NCBI GenBank assembly: GCA_965651105.1
Contig: CBFGRG010000001.1
Span: 1 to 29,809 of the forward strand
Direction: 5' to 3'
Source of the DNA: an uncultured bacterium
Lineage (GTDB): Bacteria; Chloroflexota; Chloroflexia; Thermomicrobiales; UBA6265
DNA: 29,809 bases
In this document: positions 1 through 5,293 of the stretch, piece after piece
Position numbering within the stretch: the first letter of the stretch is position 1
Layout of the letters: each line of letters begins with the position of its first letter
Position numbers and translations under genes: made by a program
Notes under the pieces: generated by a model
The model's input: the letters and a program-made list of their open reading frames with translations, nothing else
What the model was told of the DNA's origin: nothing
The model's database searches: none

Positions 1-294
1 CGATTGAACGCGCTCGATGCGCCGGTGCGGCAACCACTCGAACCGCAGGTACCAGACGAGCATCAAGCCCGTGGCGACGATCCAGAATCCATGGAGCGCC
101 CAGATCGGGCCCGGTGGCAGGCTGTAGACGTAGATCGCGTGGATCACGTTGCCGGCGTTCATGATGAGAATGTGACCAAGGCTGTAGGACGCCAGGTCTC
201 GCGTGCGGATCGCCTTGAGCAGCATCGGCAGCGCGCCGAACATGAACATGAAGGTGGAAACTGAGCCGGCAATGACCGGCAGGCTGGTGTTCAC
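1..294 (-). CDS. SemiSWEET/PQ-loop-like small membrane protein (about 3 TM helices), 3' end runs off the window
   Basis: Not in the ORF track because it has no stop in the window. Manual translation from GTG at 294 (AGGA 9 nt upstream): MNTSLPVIAGSVSTFMFMFGALPMLLKAIRTRDLASYSLGHILIMNAGNVIHAIYVYSLPPGPIWALHGFWIVATGLMLVWYLRFEWLPHRRIERVQS. Three hydrophobic segments; LPMLLKAIRTRD..SYS resembles the PQ-loop LPQxxKxxxTK pattern. Confidence 0.75.
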   Translation of the reverse strand, partial: MNTSLPVIAGSVSTFMFMFGALPMLLKAIRTRDLASYSLGHILIMNAGNVIHAIYVYSLPPGPIWALHGFWIVATGLMLVWYLRFEWLPHRRIERVQS

Positions 295-339
295 GGTGAT
301 ACATCCTGGAAGAGGTCAAACGTTTGGTGCGACCACCAA

Positions 340-552
340 TCAGGCCGCGCCCGTTGTTCCGAAGGTGACTGGCGGCTCGTCAACGATCGTCGGGCGACTA
401 CCCTCGATCCAGCGTCCGAGCCGGACGAGACGGGCACCGAGGGTGTGACGCCAGGGAGGCACGTCGACTCCCGCCGGCAGTGGATGGACGATGGCGCGAA
501 TGTCGTTGCGCTTCGCTTCGATCAGGACGGGGAAATACTCGAACTGGATCAT
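340..552 (-). CDS. small hypothetical protein (70 aa), member 3 of a tandem small-ORF set
   Basis: Track ORF 340..624 trimmed to ATG 552, which has GGAG about 11 nt upstream. MIQFEYFPVLIEAKRNDIRAI... aligns in register with the 855..1067 ORF. Confidence 0.65.
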   Translation of the reverse strand: MIQFEYFPVLIEAKRNDIRAIVHPLPAGVDVPPWRHTLGARLVRLGRWIEGSRPTIVDEPPVTFGTTGAA

Positions 553-640
553 CGCGTTGTGTTCTCCGTGGAAGGCCGGACCTTTCATCGTCCGGACATT
601 TGGTATCGGTGGCACGCTCGTCATCGAGCGCGGTTCGGGA

Positions 641-817
641 TCAGGCTGGGTTCGGCACCGGGCGAGGGCGGCGAATCCGGATCAGCCGGCTCGAGACGGC
701 AATGCCGCGAGCCAGCCGCCGGAAGATACTGATGCGATGTGCATCGGCCCGAATGCTCTCTCGTCGCTCTCGCTCGAGCGCCTCAATGAAGTCCAGCGGT
801 GAGTATGGAGTCAGCAT
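641..817 (-). CDS. small hypothetical protein (58 aa), member 2 of a tandem small-ORF set
   Basis: Below the 60-aa track cutoff. Manual translation: MLTPYSPLDFIEALERERRESIRADAHRISIFRRLARGIAVSSRLIRIRRPRPVPNPA. Fills the gap between the two similar ORFs. RBS spacing (AAGGA, 15 nt) is long. Confidence 0.55.
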   Translation of the reverse strand: MLTPYSPLDFIEALERERRESIRADAHRISIFRRLARGIAVSSRLIRIRRPRPVPNPA

Positions 818-854
818 GGCGTGGACATTCTTTCCTTGGGTTTACTCTGCCTTC

Positions 855-1067
855 TCAGGCACTGGTTTCCTGCGGGATGAGGGTCGGCTCAGCATGGAGC
901 CGCCGGGTGATTCGCTGGGTGAGCCGCAGCAATGCATGCACGGCTCCCCTGGCCGAGGGATATCGCCGCAATGGCCCGAGCTCTGTGCGGACCGTCGGCT
1001 TCCCCAGTGAACGCAACGCGTCCTGCCGCGGCTCGACCAACGCGAACGTGATTTCAGACGGGATCAT
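855..1067 (-). CDS. small hypothetical protein (70 aa), member 1 of a tandem small-ORF set
   Basis: MIPSEITFALVEPRQDALRSL...; GGAG 12 nt upstream; first ORF downstream of the repeat promoter at 1204-1248. Confidence 0.65.
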   Translation of the reverse strand: MIPSEITFALVEPRQDALRSLGKPTVRTELGPLRRYPSARGAVHALLRLTQRITRRLHAEPTLIPQETSA

Positions 1068-1118
1068 CCTTGTCGTCTACTCCGTGTGTCTGGTGACAAT
1101 CCACCATCGAACGTCGCG

Positions 1119-1186
1119 CCAGGCGGAGCCGGCTCCCAGGGCACAGGACGCAGTCGTTGCGCCGGAGAGCCGGCTTTCCAGCCTGG
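1119..1186 (-). other. long imperfect inverted repeat in the predicted 5' leader
   Basis: CCAGGC (1119-1124) pairs with GCCTGG (1181-1186), enclosing AGCCGGCTC/GAGCCGGCT and further paired segments. Folded by eye only. Confidence 0.4.
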
Positions 1187-1203
1187 TTTCAGGACCCGCA
1201 CAC

Positions 1204-1248
1204 ATCCTACGGGCCAGCCATCAAGGGATCGTCAACAGCTACGTCAAC
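1204..1248 (-). promoter_or_regulatory. SARP-type activator site A: three direct repeats plus -10
   Basis: Minus strand reads TTGACG-TAGCTG-TTGACG-ATCCC-TTGATG-GCTGGCCCG-TAGGAT. Same hexamers and spacers as 5181-5225. Confidence 0.7.
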
Positions 1249-1256
1249 ACGGGCAG

Positions 1257-2360
1257 TCAGCTCGCAAGACGGTAGAACCTGAAGAAGTCGTGCTCGATCG
1301 GGAGCACCTCGACCCGCTGGAACCCGGCCTGCTCGGCGTAGTCCCGCAGCGTATCGGCGCGCATCACCGTACCCGTGGCCGCCGAGGGTGTGTCGACCAT
1401 CCCGACCGGAAGACAATGGAGGATGCTGAAGCCGTACATGTACCGCTCGACGTCATCGCCAGGCGCCGCGAATGTCTCCGCGACCTTCTCGTCCACGATC
1501 AGCACCGATCCACCGTCACGAACCAGCCGACGCATCGATCGGAGCACGCCGACCGGGTCGGACATGTCATGAATGCACTCCACCGCCATCGCGAAGTCGT
1601 ACCCGCCGGCCGGATCGGCCTGGCTGGCATCGATGGCATGGAAGGTCACCCGATCGTCCACGCCTTCGGCCCTGGCGTTGACGCGAGCGGCGTCGACGGA
1701 CGCTTCGTCGAGATCGAACCCGTCGACCCGAACCCCGGGAAAGGCGTTGGCAAGCGCAATGCTCGACCAGCCGAGACCGGTGCCGACGTCCGCAATCCGT
1801 GCCGGACGCTGGCTATCCTGCAGCCGCGCGTGGACATCCGGCATCGCGGGGATCCACTCCTGGGCGAGGAGATGCAGGAACTGCGGGTAGGTCGTCCCGG
1901 CCTGGCCTTCGGCGAGATCGGCGCCATAGTCTTCATAAGGAACGCCGCCCCCGGTCCGGTAGGCCTCCAGCAGCGCGGGCAGCGGCGCCACACAGCCGGC
2001 GAAGATCTGGGCGATGGGCGCCATCGCCAGCAGGCTTGTCGGGTCGGCGAGCACGGTCTCGTACCCGTCCGGGAGCTTGTAGCGGCGCGCTGACGGATCA
2101 CCGTCGGCCTCCTCCACGGCAAGTATTCCGGTCACCGCCTGCTGTTCGAGCCACTCGCGAGCGTAGCGCTCGGCCGTACCGGTGCGCTCGGCCAGCGTCT
2201 GGCTTGTCGCCGGGCCGTTCTGGGCGAGATCGCGGTAGTACCCCAGACGGTCTCCGAGATAGACCGAGAAGAGGTCCATCGCCGCGATCACCGAAGAGAA
2301 CAGTCGCTCCGCCAGCACGTCGGAAGACACAGGTGTGGTCGTGGTCGTCGTATTGTCCAT
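1257..2360 (-). CDS. class I SAM-dependent methyltransferase with N-terminal winged-helix dimerisation domain (Rv2258c-like architecture)
   Basis: YLGDRLG..ERYAREWL N-domain; motif I ADVGTGLG; DGFDLD; ECIHDM; RBS AAGGAG. Confidence 0.93.
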   Translation of the reverse strand: MDNTTTTTTPVSSDVLAERLFSSVIAAMDLFSVYLGDRLGYYRDLAQNGPATSQTLAERTGTAERYAREWLEQQAVTGILAVEEADGDPSARRYKLPDGYETVLADPTSLLAMAPIAQIFAGCVAPLPALLEAYRTGGGVPYEDYGADLAEGQAGTTYPQFLHLLAQEWIPAMPDVHARLQDSQRPARIADVGTGLGWSSIALANAFPGVRVDGFDLDEASVDAARVNARAEGVDDRVTFHAIDASQADPAGGYDFAMAVECIHDMSDPVGVLRSMRRLVRDGGSVLIVDEKVAETFAAPGDDVERYMYGFSILHCLPVGMVDTPSAATGTVMRADTLRDYAEQAGFQRVEVLPIEHDFFRFYRLAS

Positions 2361-2432
2361 GTCAACTCCTTATATTCGGTGTCAATCAACCAGTCACCGG
2401 GCACACCATCGTGCACCCGCTGAGGCACGAGA

Positions 2433-3533
2433 TCAGGCCGTAAGCCGATAGAAGCGCCAGACATCGTTCTCGATCGGCAGGACTTCAATCTCGCGGAACC
2501 CGGCCTCTTCGGCGTATCGCCGGAGAACATCCGGCCGCATGACCGTTCCGGTCGCTGCCGACGGCTCTTCGCTGAGTCCCACGGGGAGGCAATGCAGCAC
2601 GCTCGCCGCGTACATCAATCGTTCAATCGGGTCGCCCGGCGCGATGAATGTCTCCGCGACTCGCTCATCGCCGATCAGCACGGTACCGCCCGCCCCGACC
2701 ATGCGGCGCATCGCGGCGAGCGCGCCAACCGGATTCGCCATGTCATGGATCGTTTCGATCGCGAAGGCGAAATCGTATTCGGCACCAGGCGCCGGGTCCG
2801 CAGCATCACGGACGTGGAAGTGCACGCGGTCGCCTACTCCCGCGCGCTCGGCGTTGGCCCTGGCGGACTCGATCGACGCAGCGTCAAGGTCGAATCCATC
2901 GACCCGCACATGCGGGTAGCCCTGGGCGAGCGCAATCGTCGACCAGCCGGTGCCGCAGCCAATGTCGGCCACGCGCGCGGGCTGTGCGGAGTCCCGCAGG
3001 CGGGCATCGATGTCGGGAAGCGCCGGGATCCACTCCTGCGCGAGGAGGTTGATGTAGAGCACCCGATTCGCCTCGCCCATGCCTTCTCGCAGGTCGTCGC
3101 CGTACGCCTCGAACGGAATTCCGGCACCGGTTCGATAGGCATCCTCCAGCAACGGCAGCGTGGAGATCAAACCGAGAAACTGCCTCGCCAGCGGTGCCAC
3201 GTACGCCAGGTTGTCCCTGTCGGTGAGCGCGACATCGTGACCGGCAGGCAGGGAATAGCGACGGGACTCAGGTTCGCCAGTATCGGTGACGTCCAGGATG
3301 CCGGTGACAGCCTGCTGCTCGAGCCACTCGCGGGTGTAACGCTCCGCCGTGCCGGCGGCCTCGGCCAGCTCGGCGGGCGTTGCCTCGCCCAGGTTCTTGA
3401 GCGCGCGGTAGAAACCGAGGCGATCGCCGAGATAGATGGTGGTGAGGTCTGCGACGTCCAGCGCCGCTCCAAAGACCCGTTCCGCGAGCACCTGGCTGCG
3501 CTCCTCGGCCGATTGGGCTTGTATCGTGATCAT
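2433..3533 (-). CDS. class I SAM-dependent methyltransferase, paralog of 1257..2360
   Basis: YLGDRLG..ERYTREWLEQQAVTGIL; ADIGCGTG; DGFDLD; ETIHDM; C-terminal LHCLPVG..ATGTVMR shared with the neighbour. Confidence 0.93.
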   Translation of the reverse strand: MITIQAQSAEERSQVLAERVFGAALDVADLTTIYLGDRLGFYRALKNLGEATPAELAEAAGTAERYTREWLEQQAVTGILDVTDTGEPESRRYSLPAGHDVALTDRDNLAYVAPLARQFLGLISTLPLLEDAYRTGAGIPFEAYGDDLREGMGEANRVLYINLLAQEWIPALPDIDARLRDSAQPARVADIGCGTGWSTIALAQGYPHVRVDGFDLDAASIESARANAERAGVGDRVHFHVRDAADPAPGAEYDFAFAIETIHDMANPVGALAAMRRMVGAGGTVLIGDERVAETFIAPGDPIERLMYAASVLHCLPVGLSEEPSAATGTVMRPDVLRRYAEEAGFREIEVLPIENDVWRFYRLTA

Positions 3534-3553
3534 GGTGAAATCGTTCCCCTTTG

Positions 3554-5002
3554 CTACAGGGTGCGTTGACCTCCGGAATTCGTCGCTCGAGCGGCGACGG
3601 GTTGGATGTTCTGGTTAACGTGGAAGACATTGTCCGGATCGTATCGAGCCTTGATCGCCGCGAGGCGATCGAAGTTGCCACGGTAGGCTGCGCGCAGCCG
3701 TTGCGGGCCTTCCTCCATCATCATGTTGACGTAGGCGCCTCCGGCCGAGAACGGGTGGAGCGCCCGCCAGTAGTCGCGCGCCCACGCGGTGATTCGCTCG
3801 GCGTTGGCCGGATCGGGGTCAACCCCGACAATCACCTTCGCCCACGTCACGTCGCGATAGCTGAAGGCGGTTTCGTCGCGTCCAACCCGGCTCACGGCGC
3901 CATTGATCGGGTAGAGGTGCATGGTCGATTTCGGCGAAGGCAGGGCACTGCCAAACTCGACGTGACGGTCGATCGCCTCGTCCGGAAGGTCGCGCACGAA
4001 GTCGGCTTTCCAGTACCATTGCTCGCCTGGCGGGTATAACGGATCGAAGGCGCTCTGCAGCGCCGGGAATGGCACTTCCTCCGCGCCGTGCAGCGCCGGG
4101 GTGCCAACCCCGAGTGCCGGGGCGATCGCGTCTGCCGCGCGGTCTTCCGGGCCCAGGTAGCACCAGACGACCGCGCACATCGTCTGCCCATGCAGCTCTT
4201 CGGGGAAATCCGGTGCAGGTGGCACCGAGAGGAACGCGAAGAAGCCGCTGAGCTCGTCTGGCGCGTCGACGATGAAGTCGCGATACCAGCGCATGACCTC
4301 CGCCGATTGTTCGATCGGCCAGAGCGTCCGCCCAGCGGTCACCGTATGGACCGGGTGCAATCGGAACAGGAACGAGGTGACGACGCCGAAGTTGCCGCCG
4401 CCACCCCGCAGCGCCCAGAACAGGTCGGGATGCTCGCTCGCGCTCGCCGTGACGAAGCTGCCGTCGGCGAGCACCACGTCGGCGGCCAGCAGGCTGTCGA
4501 TCGTCAGGCCGTATTTGCGGCTCAGATGCCCCACCCCACCGCCCAGCGTGAGCCCGGCAACCCCGGTCGTGGAGATCATGCCGCTCGGGACCGCGAGCCC
4601 GAACGCGTGGGTAGCATGGTCAACCTCGGCCCATGTGCAGCCGGCATCGACTCGCGCGGTCCGGGCCTCCGGATCGACGCGGATCCCCTTCATCAGCGAC
4701 AGGTCGAGCACCACGCCGCCATCGACCGAGCCGAGCCCTGCGCCATTGTGTCCGCCACCGCGAATGGCGAGATCGAAGTGATGCGTTCGGGTCAGGTCGA
4801 CCGTGGCAATGACATCGGCCACGTCGACAGCTCGCACGATGAGCGCGGGGCGCTTGTCGATCATGGCGTTGTAGAGGGCGCGCGCCGGGTCGTATTCCGC
4901 GTCGCCGGGGCGAATCACGTCGCCCCGGATGGCGCCGCCGAACCTCGCCAGAGCGTCGGCGGCTGCCGTAGATTCGGTCCCTTCCGGGTGCAGCAGGGCC
5001 AT
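3554..5002 (-). CDS. FAD-binding oxidoreductase, VAO/PCMH family with C-terminal BBE domain
   Basis: Start moved to ATG 5002 (GGAAAGGAG RBS). RGGGHNGAG covalent-FAD His motif; GVAGLTLGGG; DLFWALRGGGGNFGVVT; RLAAIKARYDPDNVF. Confidence 0.93.
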   Translation of the reverse strand: MALLHPEGTESTAAADALARFGGAIRGDVIRPGDAEYDPARALYNAMIDKRPALIVRAVDVADVIATVDLTRTHHFDLAIRGGGHNGAGLGSVDGGVVLDLSLMKGIRVDPEARTARVDAGCTWAEVDHATHAFGLAVPSGMISTTGVAGLTLGGGVGHLSRKYGLTIDSLLAADVVLADGSFVTASASEHPDLFWALRGGGGNFGVVTSFLFRLHPVHTVTAGRTLWPIEQSAEVMRWYRDFIVDAPDELSGFFAFLSVPPAPDFPEELHGQTMCAVVWCYLGPEDRAADAIAPALGVGTPALHGAEEVPFPALQSAFDPLYPPGEQWYWKADFVRDLPDEAIDRHVEFGSALPSPKSTMHLYPINGAVSRVGRDETAFSYRDVTWAKVIVGVDPDPANAERITAWARDYWRALHPFSAGGAYVNMMMEEGPQRLRAAYRGNFDRLAAIKARYDPDNVFHVNQNIQPVAARATNSGGQRTL

Positions 5003-5180
5003 TGTGGCTCCTTTCCGGCCGGGGTGGCGGTGCTCCGTCCATAGACACTGCCATCCCCGACACCGGACAACTCCGGCAGGTGACCGCAAGGACGCCAGGC
5101 GGTCGTCACCGGAATCGAATTGGTCCTGACGGCCGGCCCTTGAGTTCCGGCTGCCGGACATCGTCTCGTCCTCACAACCG

Positions 5181-5225
5181 AGTATTGGCACCGAGCATCA
5201 ACGTAACGTCAACGCTTACGTCAAT
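5181..5225 (-). promoter_or_regulatory. SARP-type activator site B: three direct repeats plus -10
   Basis: Minus strand reads TTGACG-TAAGCG-TTGACG-TTACG-TTGATG-CTCGGTGCC-AATACT. Lies in the divergent intergenic region next to the SARP gene. Confidence 0.7.
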
Positions 5226-5248
5226 CCGAACAGGTCGAGGCGTACAAT
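5220..5248 (+). promoter_or_regulatory. candidate sigma70-type promoter of the SARP regulator
   Basis: TACAAT at 5243-5248. The position 17 nt upstream (5220-5225, GTCAAT) coincides with the outermost repeat of site B. Confidence 0.4.
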
Positions 5249-5293
5249 GGCGCAGGGCCTACATCGTTCGCCATCGCGACAGGATCCGGTACC

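Noticed and set aside
811-828. Five-codon uORF MSTPC overlapping the start of the 58-aa ORF
   Set aside because: Too short to distinguish from chance; noted only because the RBS is closer to it than to ATG 817.
1150-1200. Resemblance of the site A leader to a c-di-GMP-I riboswitch (AAACC...GGAA tetraloop...GCGCAA)
   Set aside because: Key consensus elements and the second stem are not convincingly present; an Rfam/Infernal scan would settle it.
2401-2416. GCACA-CCATC-GTGCA between the methyltransferases
   Set aside because: Half-site spacing does not match the N4 operator, and it lies outside the SorC cluster.
5003-5195. SAM-riboswitch-like fragments near methyltransferase genes (GGTGCCAAT at site B; CTGGCCCG at site A) and alternative pairings in the oxidase leader
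   Set aside because: Isolated short matches without the SAM-I/IV P1-P4 architecture; they overlap the promoter spacers. The pairings are unremarkable at this GC content.
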